A stretch of 64,000 bases of DNA from Coriobacteriales bacterium (GCA_031282405.1 JAITDU010000023.1:911-64910); one strand, 5' to 3'; positions 1-11,092 are shown, numbered from the stretch's first letter. Notes: generated by a model from the letters alone, not told the origin. Program-made: numbers and translations.

Positions 1-3000
1 CACCCGGATGGGCAGCGTAAATTGCCTCTATCGCGCTGTTGTCGGCGCGGTAAAGGGCGAAGGTGGCGCCAGCGACCTTGTTGTTGGCGTTGCCCAACTC
101 GACTTTGTCCACCTGCAACGTAGCGATGCCACGGGTGTTAACGATCTCGGGCGTTTTGGCGGTATCCGGACTTTCATGATTTACGTTAGAACCATAGGCA
201 TTTTTGTTAACCGTGTCATATTTTTGATCGATCAGGCCGTAGGTTCCAAAAACCACAGAAGCGTGAGCAACAAAGGGGGTGGATGATACCTCGGTCTGGA
301 ATACAGGTGGCAGAGAACTTGGGTTTTCGAGCCAGACTACTGCCCAGCCGTTTTCTGGGTTGCCCTCGGCCAAGGCTGCTGCCTGTTGCTTATACTGGGA
401 GTTTTGACCATTGCTAAAGAAGCTGGTCCAATCCACACGTGATGTGTCCGTATCTTCGGAGCTTACTGCGTCGCTGGTAATGGTAAGGCTATCATCCAAG
501 CCACTGACAATACCCCTGAAGACCGATGTAACGTTTATCCATTGTGAGTCCATCGAGCCCCAGCGCGAGGAACGCAGATCATCCAAAGGCGTATTGTTAA
601 AGGTCGGCAGCTGGATATAGTTGCTTATATCCTGGATTTCTGCAACGTTATCAGGATCGCCAATAAACAACGCCGGATAAAGCGAGAAGCGCACATTAGC
701 CAGGCGTCCCGCGTCATTGGTAACGTCCTCGACCCAGGTATTTTTGTCCTCGTCATACTTCATTTTATAGGGAGTGGTACCGCCGTAGGGGAGTCGAGAA
801 GCACCGTTTTTCCAGGCATGAACTTGAATCCATGTGGGAGGATTGATGCCGGCACGCCCGGTATCCAGACGATTAGAGTTGCCCAGGAATAACTCATAGG
901 TACGATCCTCGTCGTCAATGTCCTCGTTGGCGCTCAGATCCGGAATGGTTATCTGGACTCCGTAGCCCTTGTCACCCTTGATTATTGCGTGCCAGTCCGG
1001 CACTGTTGGGTCGCCTCCGTTTGCTTCTCCCATACCCGAGGCGGTTTCGTTGAAGTAAACAGAACTGGTCTCGGTGGGGTCAAGAGGTGTACCTATTTGA
1101 CCGTAGTTGAGGGCGCTGGCGATTTCCTCGACCCAATAGGTGCCTGGCGGCAGTTGCATGCTCCATGCATCGTTTTGCGAGTGCTCGCCACCGGTAGCGC
1201 TACTGATGTACTGGATGGGTTGAATTCCGTCCTTGGATAGGTCGGAGTCGATCTTGTTGCCGTTCTCGTCCAGCAGATAGAGGGCAAATCTGGCATTCGC
1301 AACGAGGATTTCTTGCCATCTTGGGTTACCATCCGCGTCGCGCTCACCGGACTTGGCATCAATTGTGAACTCGTCGGAATTCGGGGTGATGGTGCCATCG
1401 GTGGTCGGCTTTATCGGTAGTTTGGTAATGTGAATAAAATAGGGGTCGACGTGGTTAACAATCTTATACTTGCCTGTGCCAAGGCTTGAGACTTCCGAGG
1501 AGAAACCCCCACTGTCCGCACCAAAAACATGAGGCTCCCAGGCTGTTTTTGCGCTGTTTAACTCGAACCAGAATTTGATGTCCTTAATTTTTTTGTATTG
1601 AACAGCCGTGGGCTCATCCTCAGGAACATCGGTCTGGTAAGGGGGGGTTGCGGTCTCTGCTAAATAGTAGGTCTTTGTTGGATCGAGCGCAGGTATGTCC
1701 AGCCAACCAAGCTTGTTGGAACCTTGAGCCACAAAGTCTTGGGCCAGATATACTTTGGTGCCGGTATCCGGATCGCCATTGTCATAAGAGTAGATCTTAA
1801 ACGTGCCACCCTGGATAGGGGCCGTAACGCGCTTATTGCCAATGAGCTGGTTGGTCTCGCCATATTTTTGGAACTCGATGATGGGTTTTTTGACCTGACC
1901 AAAAACCACCGACACAATTTTGGTGGAGGCGTTTGTACTAAGACTTGACCAAGAAATCTGCGCGGTTGACGAATCGGCCTTTCCCGGAAGCGTCCAATTA
2001 GTAGTGCCGGCCTTGCCATTTGAGTCCACCGTAAAGTAGGCAGTCTCGCCTGTGATAATATACTCGCCGCCGTTTTGGGCAGGTTGGGGAGAAACGCTTT
2101 GCACAACCTTATAATCACCCGGAGTTAAAGCGACCGGAGTGGTGCCCTCTGTAGTGAATATGACTGCAGCTGAGTTCTTATAGGTAGCCGTTCCTACCAG
2201 CACCCAGTTGGGAGCAGTGTTCGTAGCGTTGTTTTGGTAAAGCTGGAACACGGCATTGGTGGTCTTGTTGCTACCCTGCTCGCTTCCGGTAGCAGCGTCA
2301 AGTGCCCGGGCATTTATCGTATACGTTGGGACATTACGCACGATCTTGTTGGCCATAGTGTCGGGATTGGTACTGCTCGTAATAGCATTGCCCTTAGCCA
2401 AAGAGGTCTGTGCGGTCTGTGCATAATCGCTTTGTTGGACAACAAACTTGGTTAAATCCGCGATGGAATCAACCGTCGCAGCAGAAACATGGTCAAAAAA
2501 TCCGTTCGTTACAGAATCTTTGAACACGCTGGCATCAACGGTGCCATAGTAGCCGGCGGGAATACTCGTCTCTACAGCCACATAGGTTCCAGCAATAAGA
2601 TTGGCAAAAGAAACGTTATTCGTCGTACTTGTCGTCGAAGTAGCCGTAATCGTGGTTTTGACATATTCGGTGCCCACAAGGCGATAGAGGGTAAAGCCCG
2701 CACCACTCAAACTGGTATTGGTGTCTGCACGCAGCTTGGTAATACTGACACTGGGTACATAGGCTTGGACAAATACCGCTGTATTGGCACATCCGTCATA
2801 AGAAATCGAAGTAGTGCCGGTTCCGTTGTTGATGGCTACAATCGCATTGGCAAGAGCCACCGAGCCGGGCTCGACCTTGATGCTCACGCTGTCGCTGGTG
2901 CCTTGGGCAGCTTGGTTGCCCAGGCTGGCAATCGTCTTGATGTTCGGAGTATCGCTTGGATTTTTGACAGCAACGTCATAGGTTCCGGCAGGTACTAAAA

Positions 3001-5776
3001 GGCGATAGACGCCGTTTATCCAGTTGCTGGAATTGGCAGGTATGTCATAGCTGATGGAGCTATCGGCACGGTTGGTTATTGTAAAGGCATCGGGATACGT
3101 CAGTGGAGAAGAACCCGAATCGGAGAAAAAGCGGCTGTCGATGGCAAGCTCACTCCAGGTTGCACTATTGACCAAGAGAGCGCCACCGGTAGGCCCGTCT
3201 GTTACGACCATGTTCTTGCCATCGGTGACATTGGCATCATAGGGCACGTTGTCATATGCGCCAGCTATGATGTCAACCTTGACACCGTCGGCCAGAGTAA
3301 TCAGGGAATAAGGAGCATCTGGACTGGTGGCGCTGTAGGTCGTACCACTTACCTTGATGGAGTCTTCAACTATATAGTAGCTCCCTTGAGGAAATACCTT
3401 GTTTGCCAAAATGGTTGCCGTTTGACTCGTGCCGCTGATGGTAAAGCTGCTGTTTGGGAGTTCTTCTCCCTGTTTGGCACCATCGGCATAGACCAGATGG
3501 AAGGTAGCCTCAAATGCGCCAACCGTATTGCTTGGTATCTGTGCGCCGTCAGGCCCTTTAAAGTACTTGCCTACATACAGCGAGCCTTCGTTGCGCTGAT
3601 AGGTAACCGTATACGTTTCCAGCTTATCGACAGATGAAGCGATGTTCGTGAGCGTGGAGTTAGCTACGTCTAAGAGGTAGTCGCTTCCAAGAGGCGTTGC
3701 CTCGGCCAGATGATAACTACCCGTCGTGGGTACGTCCTCAAATATGATATTGCCTGAGGCATCAGAGGTGCCCGAGGCTATGATGTTGTTACTTGAGTCC
3801 AGCAGGTTAAAAGCCGCTCCCGCTTGAGGAGTATAGGTAGCTGGGGCACTCCAACGGTTTTGGGTTCGTGCGGTTATCTTAATACGGCCGGTTTGCGTTG
3901 CGGTATTGATAAAATTAAGCGTGTTTGTGCCGGAATTGAAATCGGCTGCGGTGTTATTAGGTCCTGCAACGCTTATGGTGGAAACGCCCGTTGTGGGATT
4001 GGGCACACTGACTACAATGGTATAGACCGAAAGTGGATTCGCCGGCACATTTGCGCTTGTTCCTCCTGTCTCGGCAAGGGTGTAGGTTCCTGGAGGTAAT
4101 CCGTCATGGGTAGCGTTGAAATCGCCATCGGCAGCTACGCCAAAGGTAACCGCAGAGTTTGTCTCGCCCAGGATAAGATGCTTGGAAAGCACCGCATTGT
4201 TCGCATCGGTAAGCGTGAACTCAACGCACGAGGTATCGCCGTTGTTATATGAAGGATTTCCGTAGTCTCGCTCATAGGCCGTGGCCAGAGCTGTCGTGTA
4301 GGCAAAAATGGAGCCACTGACACCAAGACGCTTGTTTACGGTGAGCTGCGCGGGCACGGGCGCGGCCTGTTGCCAACCTAAAGAGATGGCGGCAGAGGCC
4401 TCGTCTACGGGTGAGGGCGCTTGAGCAAAGACTGGCTTGCTGTAGAGTGTAGCGGTGTTATCGACGGTAACCACACCGGCTTCATAGGTGTTATTGAAAT
4501 AAGTTTTGGTATAGGCGTTTTTATCCCATGTTATATCGACATCGAAATAAGTACCGCTGATAGCGGTGCCTTGCGCCATTGGCAGCGCGATATCAAAAAC
4601 CGTGCTGTTGCTGTTAAGGGCGATGGGACTTCCCTGTCCGGTCGTGGAGGCCACCACCAAACCCGCAGAATTCTTGACAACTATCGACTGCGGTGTTTGA
4701 GAAGTGCCGTTGAGATAGCCGGCAAGATTGTCTCGGATATGCAGCTCGTCCATCCAGACTCGGCCATAGTCATCAGAGCCTGTCGTGGCTACGTTGACGC
4801 GATATGATGTGGTGTAGGTGTTTTCTGCTCCAGGATTAGCCACCTGAGAGTATGTACGCGTTTGTAAGGTCGAAAACGCCGGGTCTGGTGTTGGAGCGGT
4901 TACGCTTTTCGTGATAGACAGTTCCTCGTTGGTGTCCCAGGTAAAGGTCAGGGGGGGCGTAGGCGAGCCTGCTAAATCAGTAGGCGCAATCGCTGTATTA
5001 GCCTCTACGATACCCGAGGGCGCACCAGAGATATAGGATGCCTCGAAAAGATAGGCATCGAGCGTAAGCTGTGTACCTGAAGGCGTGGTTCCACTGGGAT
5101 AGGTGAACTTCACCGAGAAATATGTGGCGGTGGCAGTGCCCCAGATAAGCAAGACATCTGTACGGCCCTGAAGTGGCCCGAACTTTTCGTCAAGAGGCTG
5201 GGCCAGCGGTCCCACATGCGTAGTGTCGATCCCGTAAGCAGAACCGAGGACAACAGTATAGCTACCGGAGTTTTGCGGATCGGGCACAGGAACAGCAAGT
5301 ACCCATCCTCTAGGTGCGTTGTTCGTGATAGCAAAACTGGCTATGGCCGAATGGCCACTCAACAGTGTGGTAGCGGTTGATGGTATGACTTGAAGAACGT
5401 TGGGACTTTGATAGGGAGCACGGGGGGCAATCGGTGCTGCGCCCTGCGGGTTGACCACAATTGCAGGTTCGTCGGACACGTTGGCCTCGCCGGTTTTTTC
5501 ATTGGAGCCCGAGGTGTTGTTATCTTCTTGATATGGGGTATCCAGATCACCTCCTGTGCCCTCAATTTGCGTCTGAGCGCTTGGAGCTTGAGCGCTTGGA
5601 GCCTGAGCTTGGGCGTTTGGAGTCCCAGATTGATCTGCGGGGATCTCCTGTCTATTCAGCGCGACTGCCGGAACCAAGCCGATTATCAACAGCAACGACA
5701 ATGCTAATGACAATGCTTTTCCGATAATACGACGACCGGAACCTGGCTGCGTGTGTGTGAACGTTATCCTATTCAC
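1..5776 (-). CDS. Very large secreted surface protein/adhesin with repeated SpaA/prealbumin-like (isopeptide pilin-related) domains; 3' end lies beyond the window
   Basis: Absent from the ORF track because it has no stop inside the window. Manual translation from GTG at 5776 (RBS GAAAGGGGA) gives signal peptide MNRITFTHTQPGSGRRIIGKALSLALSLLLIIGLVPAVA. It then shows repeated motifs such as GAAFNLLDS..SGTSDASGNIIFEDVP..GSYHLAE, ITKLRADTNTSLSGAGFTLY..NLIAGTYVAVETSIPAGY and KVELGNANNKVAGATFALY. The frame stays open for about 1925 codons. Confidence 0.88.
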   Translation of the reverse strand, partial: MNRITFTHTQPGSGRRIIGKALSLALSLLLIIGLVPAVALNRQEIPADQSGTPNAQAQAPSAQAPSAQTQIEGTGGDLDTPYQEDNNTSGSNEKTGEANVSDEPAIVVNPQGAAPIAPRAPYQSPNVLQVIPSTATTLLSGHSAIASFAITNNAPRGWVLAVPVPDPQNSGSYTVVLGSAYGIDTTHVGPLAQPLDEKFGPLQGRTDVLLIWGTATATYFSVKFTYPSGTTPSGTQLTLDAYLFEASYISGAPSGIVEANTAIAPTDLAGSPTPPLTFTWDTNEELSITKSVTAPTPDPAFSTLQTRTYSQVANPGAENTYTTSYRVNVATTGSDDYGRVWMDELHIRDNLAGYLNGTSQTPQSIVVKNSAGLVVASTTGQGSPIALNSNSTVFDIALPMAQGTAISGTYFDVDITWDKNAYTKTYFNNTYEAGVVTVDNTATLYSKPVFAQAPSPVDEASAAISLGWQQAAPVPAQLTVNKRLGVSGSIFAYTTALATAYERDYGNPSYNNGDTSCVEFTLTDANNAVLSKHLILGETNSAVTFGVAADGDFNATHDGLPPGTYTLAETGGTSANVPANPLSVYTIVVSVPNPTTGVSTISVAGPNNTAADFNSGTNTLNFINTATQTGRIKITARTQNRWSAPATYTPQAGAAFNLLDSSNNIIASGTSDASGNIIFEDVPTTGSYHLAEATPLGSDYLLDVANSTLTNIASSVDKLETYTVTYQRNEGSLYVGKYFKGPDGAQIPSNTVGAFEATFHLVYADGAKQGEELPNSSFTISGTSQTATILANKVFPQGSYYIVEDSIKVSGTTYSATSPDAPYSLITLADGVKVDIIAGAYDNVPYDANVTDGKNMVVTDGPTGGALLVNSATWSELAIDSRFFSDSGSSPLTYPDAFTITNRADSSISYDIPANSSNWINGVYRLLVPAGTYDVAVKNPSDTPNIKTIASLGNQAAQGTSDSVSIKVEPGSVALANAIVAINNGTGTTSISYDGCANTAVFVQAYVPSVSITKLRADTNTSLSGAGFTLYRLVGTEYVKTTITATSTTSTTNNVSFANLIAGTYVAVETSIPAGYYGTVDASVFKDSVTNGFFDHVSAATVDSIADLTKFVVQQSDYAQTAQTSLAKGNAITSSTNPDTMANKIVRNVPTYTINARALDAATGSEQGSNKTTNAVFQLYQNNATNTAPNWVLVGTATYKNSAAVIFTTEGTTPVALTPGDYKVVQSVSPQPAQNGGEYIITGETAYFTVDSNGKAGTTNWTLPGKADSSTAQISWSSLSTNASTKIVSVVFGQVKKPIIEFQKYGETNQLIGNKRVTAPIQGGTFKIYSYDNGDPDTGTKVYLAQDFVAQGSNKLGWLDIPALDPTKTYYLAETATPPYQTDVPEDEPTAVQYKKIKDIKFWFELNSAKTAWEPHVFGADSGGFSSEVSSLGTGKYKIVNHVDPYFIHITKLPIKPTTDGTITPNSDEFTIDAKSGERDADGNPRWQEILVANARFALYLLDENGNKIDSDLSKDGIQPIQYISSATGGEHSQNDAWSMQLPPGTYWVEEIASALNYGQIGTPLDPTETSSVYFNETASGMGEANGGDPTVPDWHAIIKGDKGYGVQITIPDLSANEDIDDEDRTYELFLGNSNRLDTGRAGINPPTWIQVHAWKNGASRLPYGGTTPYKMKYDEDKNTWVEDVTNDAGRLANVRFSLYPALFIGDPDNVAEIQDISNYIQLPTFNNTPLDDLRSSRWGSMDSQWINVTSVFRGIVSGLDDSLTITSDAVSSEDTDTSRVDWTSFFSNGQNSQYKQQAAALAEGNPENGWAVVWLENPSSLPPVFQTEVSSTPFVAHASVVFGTYGLIDQKYDTVNKNAYGSNVNHESPDTAKTPEIVNTRGIATLQVDKVELGNANNKVAGATFALYRADNSAIEAIYAAHPG

Positions 5777-6307
5777 TTCTATTCCCCTTTCCACCTGTTG
5801 AATAACCAAGCCTGGCGTTAGCTGTGGCTTACCGCTTGTGATGCCACTACAGGCTGCTATGCAACATAAAAATAATTGAACATCGGCTTGTGCCTGCCTT
5901 TGCCTACATAGATAAGACCCCGCATTCGAAATAAGATTGCGGGTTGAATAACATATCTATGCATGTCGCCTGTGTTCTAATCCCCCAAGAGATTCCCCCC
6001 TTGTTGCACCCCAAAAAACATGGAGTCGGCGCACCTGAATGCGCGGGACACACTATGGTACAAAGGCTTTTCGTACTATAACATGTTGAGGCTTATATAA
6101 TGGGGTCACGCAATAACCAAGTACCATGCTGGATGGTTCTTGACAAATGGAGAACATTATGCTATTAGCACGTAGTGTTTGCCCAACGAGTTGCCAGGAA
6201 CGCTTTTGACTGGTCCTGAGATTTACGCAACGACCAGCATCATGTTCCCGATGTCCGCTAAAAGCGATACACAGCTTTTGCTCACAGGGAGCCTTTACTG
6301 GTAAGAG

Positions 6308-6339
6308 TGGTTGGCACCAGGTTTACCTGGTGCCAACCA
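6308..6339. repeat. Perfect palindrome (15-bp arms) in the adhesin/ppx divergent intergenic region
   Basis: TGGTTGGCACCAGGT-TT-ACCTGGTGCCAACCA. Confidence 0.8.
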
Positions 6340-6539
6340 GTGGGGGGATCCTTATCATAAACTATAAGGCCACTTCACAGTCAAGCATTATTTAAACATT
6401 ATTTGCAAAAAACGTTCCCGTGGCACAAATTAATTTAGATTTTACAAAAAACGCCTACTAGGCTACGTTATAATAGAGGCACAACGTAACACAGAAATGA
6501 ATGTGGGACTGTTAAGGATACCGCTTGGGAAGGGCGGCT

Positions 6540-7436
6540 ATGGTAACCGGCATAATCGATGTTGGCTCTAATACTGTCAGACTGTCAATCTATCGCCTTG
6601 AAAATGGCGGCTCTTTTAAGCTGCTCCTCTCCAAAAAAATAGTCGCTGGGCTGGCGAGTTACGTAACTGACGGCGCATTGGGCCAAGAAGGCATCGAAAA
6701 GCTATACAAATGTCTGAAGGAGTTTCGCTCCATCGTTACCTCCCTTGAAGTGAGCGCGGTACGGGCTTTTGCCACCGCCTCTTTGCGATATGTTCGCAAT
6801 GCGAAGGCGGTTGTTTCCTCAATGTATAATGAAACTGGGTTGCTCCTGGAGATTATCAACGGTGAGGAAGAGGCGCACCTGAGTTTTATGGGAGCCCGTT
6901 ACTCTACGGGCATTGAAAACGGGGTCGTTGTTGACCTGGGTGGCGCCAGTTGTGAGTTGATCCGAGAGGAAAACGGCATTGCTGTTGGACTTACCAGCAT
7001 CCCACTTGGCTGCCTTTCGTTGAGTGTAGGAAATGTTGATACGATATTCCCTGAACCTGAAGCCACCGAGAATATGAAAGCAGTCATAAAAAATACCATG
7101 AAGCCAGCAATACCCCTATTGGCCAAGCGCCCAGAGACACTTTGCTTTGTAGGTGGCACCGCCCGGGGTGCGAGCCGGAGCTTTAAAGAACTACACTTAC
7201 GGGCAAACGGTAGCTTTGGACCTGAAGGTATCGACACATTGATTAAGGGTTTTGAATTAAGAGATACCGCAACCATGCAGGCAGTACGCAGCGCTGCTCC
7301 TGATCGTGTCTTTACGTTATATGCCGGACTCCTCATCATGAGAGAGATCATACAGGCGAGTAGCGCAGACTCTCTCCTGGTGTCAAAATGCGGCATTAGA
7401 GAAGGGTACCTCATTGATAGAATCATTGGAGCCTGA
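6540..7436 (+). CDS. ppx: Exopolyphosphatase (Ppx/GppA family)
   Basis: IIDVGSNTVRL, FATASLR, GEEEA, DLGGASCE and GIREG motifs; adjacent to ppk1; ATG at 6540 with GGGAAGGG RBS. Confidence 0.92.
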   Translation: MVTGIIDVGSNTVRLSIYRLENGGSFKLLLSKKIVAGLASYVTDGALGQEGIEKLYKCLKEFRSIVTSLEVSAVRAFATASLRYVRNAKAVVSSMYNETGLLLEIINGEEEAHLSFMGARYSTGIENGVVVDLGGASCELIREENGIAVGLTSIPLGCLSLSVGNVDTIFPEPEATENMKAVIKNTMKPAIPLLAKRPETLCFVGGTARGASRSFKELHLRANGSFGPEGIDTLIKGFELRDTATMQAVRSAAPDRVFTLYAGLLIMREIIQASSADSLLVSKCGIREGYLIDRIIGA

Positions 7437-7437
7437 A

Positions 7438-9582
7438 ATGTCAAAACCTGTAGAATCTGACGAATCATATCGCTGCATGCAAAACCGCGAACTGTCGTGG
7501 CTACGCTTCAATGAGCGTGTTCTCGAGGAAGCCAACGACCCAGACACGCCGTTGTTTGAACGTTTTTTCTTCCTCAACGTCTACACAACGAATCTTGACG
7601 AATTCTTTATGGTTCGCGTGGGAAGCTTTCAGAGTATAGCGCGTTCAAAGACACGATACACGGATGGCAAGACCGGCATGGGTGCCATCGAGCTGCTGAG
7701 CAAGGTGTTCGAGGCGACAGCGCATCTCTATCGCATTCGCGACGCTACCTATGCAAAGATCGAAGCTGAGCTTGCGCGTCATGGTGTTGCTCGTAAGTTA
7801 CCCCTGGAGCTTTCTCGGGCCAACGAGACACTGCTGTATCAGTACTATCAGACCACAGTGGTCCCCCTGCTTGCCCCGCAGGTCGTGGACAAAACCCACC
7901 CTTTCCCGCATTTAGAAAACAAGCGTATCATCATTGCCTTGCATCTTGATAAAAAGGGCGAGAAAGTCTTTGGCATGATTCCGCTGCCGACCGATATTGA
8001 GCGCCTGTTCTTTTTCGAAAACGGCGACTACATCTTGTTGGAAGATATCCTGCTGTATTACTGCGAAAACATATTCAAGAAATACACGATTCTTGAACGC
8101 GCGGTCATCAGCGTCACACGCAACGCTGATATTGACACCGTTGAAGAACAGTTTGATGCTGACGAGGACTTTTTGGACCATATGGAAAAGCTGCTTAAAC
8201 GTCAACAGCGGTTGGACCCGGTACGCCTGGAGGTACAGGGCGAACACACAGAGAAACTATCTAAATACCTGCGCAAACGTTTAAACCTTGACGCCCAACA
8301 GGTATTCAATAGTACGGCACCTCTTGATTTAAGCTACCACGTCCGCGTACGGGAACAGGTATCAGACGATTTACGTAAACAACTCTGCTATGCACCCTTT
8401 GAGTCTATCATACCGCATGCCGCGCTCTCTCCTGAGGGAATGTTCGCACGTCTGCGCCAGGGTGACGTCATGCTTTTTCATCCCTATGAAAGCCTGCAAC
8501 CTTACCTCTCGTTGATCAAGGAGGCTTCGGAGGACAAAGCGGTCGTTTCTATCCAGATCACGCTCTACCGCCTCGCCGACCACCAATCGCGCTTGGTTGA
8601 GCACCTGATAACAGCCGCAGAAATGGGCAAACAGGTCATCGTGTTCATCGAACTGCGTGCCCGGATGGACGAAGAAAACAACGTCGGCTGGGCCAAGCGA
8701 CTGGAGGAGGCGGGTTGTTCGGTTTTCTACGGCCAGCTTGGCTACAAGATGCACGCCAAAATTACACTTATCACACGAAGCGACCTGGGGCGCTATGAAC
8801 ACTTCGTACATATAGGCACAGGCAACTATAACGAGAAGAGCGCCAAGACCTACGCGGATATCTCGCTTATGACAACAAACAAGGCTATCGCGCAAGATGC
8901 CATCGCTTTTTTCCACAACATGCTCGTTGGAGCCGTCGACGAGAGCTATCCCACTCTGTGGCTTGCGCCCCAGGATTTCAAGCCTGGATTATTAAACTAT
9001 ATCCGTAGAGAGGCAGCGCGCGGCCCTGAAGGCTCCATTACCATCAAATGCAATGCGCTGACCGACAAAGACGTCATCAAAGAACTGGTCGCCGCATCGA
9101 TGGCAGGCACCCCCATCGATTTAATATTGCGTGGCATTTGTTGCCTGCTGCCGGGCGTGCCCAATCTCACCGAGAATATCCATATACGCAGTATCGTAGG
9201 GCGTTTCCTTGAACATTCGCGCATATATTGTTTTGGTACCGGCGCAGACCGCGACCTCTATATAGGTTCGGGAGACATGATGACGCGCAACACAACGCGC
9301 CGCGTTGAGCTGTTCACACCCGTTTTTGACCCTGCCCTGCGCGCACGTATATTTGGGCTGTTAGATATTGACCTTCACGATAATGTCAAAGCTCGCTCCC
9401 TCACGTCAAGTGGCCAATATATCAGCGAACGTTCCGGCGACGCCCCTCTCGACAGCCAAAAATTCTTCATGAATGAAGCAATTAAGGAAGCAGAGAAAAC
9501 CGTCGAGACGACCATGGTTGTTGTCGCGCAGCCGCGCACCAGTTTGCTCAAGCGCTTGCGTGCCTTCTTCTCGCGGCGTTAA
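7438..9582 (+). CDS. ppk1: Polyphosphate kinase 1
   Basis: NRELSWLRFNERVL, NLDEFFMVRVGS, HPFPHL, HPYES, TLYR, KMHAK, GTGNYN, RSIVGRFLEHSRIY. Confidence 0.96.
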   Translation: MSKPVESDESYRCMQNRELSWLRFNERVLEEANDPDTPLFERFFFLNVYTTNLDEFFMVRVGSFQSIARSKTRYTDGKTGMGAIELLSKVFEATAHLYRIRDATYAKIEAELARHGVARKLPLELSRANETLLYQYYQTTVVPLLAPQVVDKTHPFPHLENKRIIIALHLDKKGEKVFGMIPLPTDIERLFFFENGDYILLEDILLYYCENIFKKYTILERAVISVTRNADIDTVEEQFDADEDFLDHMEKLLKRQQRLDPVRLEVQGEHTEKLSKYLRKRLNLDAQQVFNSTAPLDLSYHVRVREQVSDDLRKQLCYAPFESIIPHAALSPEGMFARLRQGDVMLFHPYESLQPYLSLIKEASEDKAVVSIQITLYRLADHQSRLVEHLITAAEMGKQVIVFIELRARMDEENNVGWAKRLEEAGCSVFYGQLGYKMHAKITLITRSDLGRYEHFVHIGTGNYNEKSAKTYADISLMTTNKAIAQDAIAFFHNMLVGAVDESYPTLWLAPQDFKPGLLNYIRREAARGPEGSITIKCNALTDKDVIKELVAASMAGTPIDLILRGICCLLPGVPNLTENIHIRSIVGRFLEHSRIYCFGTGADRDLYIGSGDMMTRNTTRRVELFTPVFDPALRARIFGLLDIDLHDNVKARSLTSSGQYISERSGDAPLDSQKFFMNEAIKEAEKTVETTMVVVAQPRTSLLKRLRAFFSRR

Positions 9583-9666
9583 AGCGCCCTGCCGCATGGA
9601 CTGCCTTACCCTGGCAATTGCCGTTTCGCAGCGCAAAGCAAGGCGTTTATCGGCTAGAATAGTGGC

Positions 9667-11001
9667 ATGGATACAACGGGCGTAAGGCTCATGCAGCCAC
9701 AAAAACTCTCTGCAGCGGAATTGGTCAATCTGGCACAGTTGGACTCGCCGCTCGTTAACCTGCTCGGTGCCTGGCTCAACAAACAGCTTGCCTGCGTTCA
9801 TTGCAAAAAATGCACTCTGCGTTGCGAGGTCTTGGAGTTGCCGGAGCTGGATATTGGGGCAGTGGAGGCGGATTTTAAACGAATAGTCGAACTTGCGGTT
9901 GAGGAGCGCAGTGCGGCTACTCTTCGGCTGGTGCAGAAACACCCCGATTTGTATCAGGCCCTGCGGCGCTGTTGTTTTTGCGGATATTGCACAGCAGCCT
10001 GTGCGACGCATATGACCGCTCCTGCGCGAATGCGCGAGTGGCGGGAGCTCTTCACAGCAGCCGGCCTGATGCCTGTGGATGACTCCAGGTTGGTGATGGT
10101 GGATAATGAGTGGCACATATTCAGCGCATATCGGGCGATCTATGGCGTTGCATATCCCGAGTTTTTTCAGCTTGAACAGGCCGCAGCCGGCGAGGTCAGC
10201 GTTGATACTCTATTCTTTCCGGGTTGTTCGCTAACGAGTTACGCGCCGGAACTGATGCAGCGTGTGGGCCAATGGCTGAACGCAGATGGGTGTCGCTGGG
10301 CGATGAGTAGCGCATGCTGTGGCAGCCCTCTGATGAGCGCTGGCCTGTTTGAACGCTCGCATGCTTTGCGTTCAGAGCTTTTGCGGCACATACGCACCGC
10401 AGGAATCACGCGCGTACTTACCGTGTGCCCCGGCTGCGGAGAAGAGTTGGCCGAGGTGATGGGCGATGAGGTGGATATTGTGCCGCTTCCCGAGTTATTG
10501 CTCGAACGTCTTGATCAAGGCGCTGAATTGCCTGCGCAAAACAACGCACAGAACAGCCGGCACGCACTGACGTTCTTTGATTCTTGCCACGATCGTTTTG
10601 ACACGCGCCACGGCACGGCCGTTCGCAGCCTGCTTGCGCGGTGTTTGCCCGAGTCTTTGCAGGTGGAGATAGAGCACCGCGGCAAGAATACGCTTTGTTG
10701 TGGTGCGGGTGGCGCGGTAGCAGCTTATGACCCCGATATCACGCAACGCCGGGTTTGGCGGATCATAGACGAAGCCCGGGCAACCGGCGCAAATACACTC
10801 GTAACCACCTGTCCCACCTGTACCTACACTATTGGCCAGGCATTGCTGGGGGTAGAATCTCGGCGAGGCATCGCCAGTCATAACTACCTGGAGCTGATTT
10901 TTGACCAAACCATAGACTGGCCTGTGGTCTTTAGCCAACTGGAGACAATGTGGAGTGGCGAGTACGGTCCTTGGCTCTCCGAGACATTTTTCTCCTCCTG
11001 A
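9667..11001 (+). CDS. Fe-S oxidoreductase with two 4Fe-4S motifs and two CCG (cysteine-rich) domains (GlpC/HdrD-like)
   Basis: CVHCKKCTLRC, CCFCGYCTAAC, FFPGC, CCGSP, CPGC, FFDSCHD, CCGAGG, TTCPTC. Confidence 0.85.
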   Translation: MDTTGVRLMQPQKLSAAELVNLAQLDSPLVNLLGAWLNKQLACVHCKKCTLRCEVLELPELDIGAVEADFKRIVELAVEERSAATLRLVQKHPDLYQALRRCCFCGYCTAACATHMTAPARMREWRELFTAAGLMPVDDSRLVMVDNEWHIFSAYRAIYGVAYPEFFQLEQAAAGEVSVDTLFFPGCSLTSYAPELMQRVGQWLNADGCRWAMSSACCGSPLMSAGLFERSHALRSELLRHIRTAGITRVLTVCPGCGEELAEVMGDEVDIVPLPELLLERLDQGAELPAQNNAQNSRHALTFFDSCHDRFDTRHGTAVRSLLARCLPESLQVEIEHRGKNTLCCGAGGAVAAYDPDITQRRVWRIIDEARATGANTLVTTCPTCTYTIGQALLGVESRRGIASHNYLELIFDQTIDWPVVFSQLETMWSGEYGPWLSETFFSS

Positions 11002-11092
11002 TTTCTCTCATAAGGAGCATAGTGCCAACAATCGCTCGTAAACATGCCAAGCGCTTCTGAATCTTCTCGATAATAATGCCCGAATTTACTTA

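Noticed and set aside
8-5727. Many short ORFs listed in the first 5.7 kb
   Set aside because: Antisense or off-frame shadows of the large minus-strand adhesin.
5790-6060. c-di-AMP (ydaO) or c-di-GMP riboswitch upstream of the adhesin
   Set aside because: Only isolated fragments (TTTTGGGG, CAGCTAAC on the minus strand); full consensus and spacing not recognizable.
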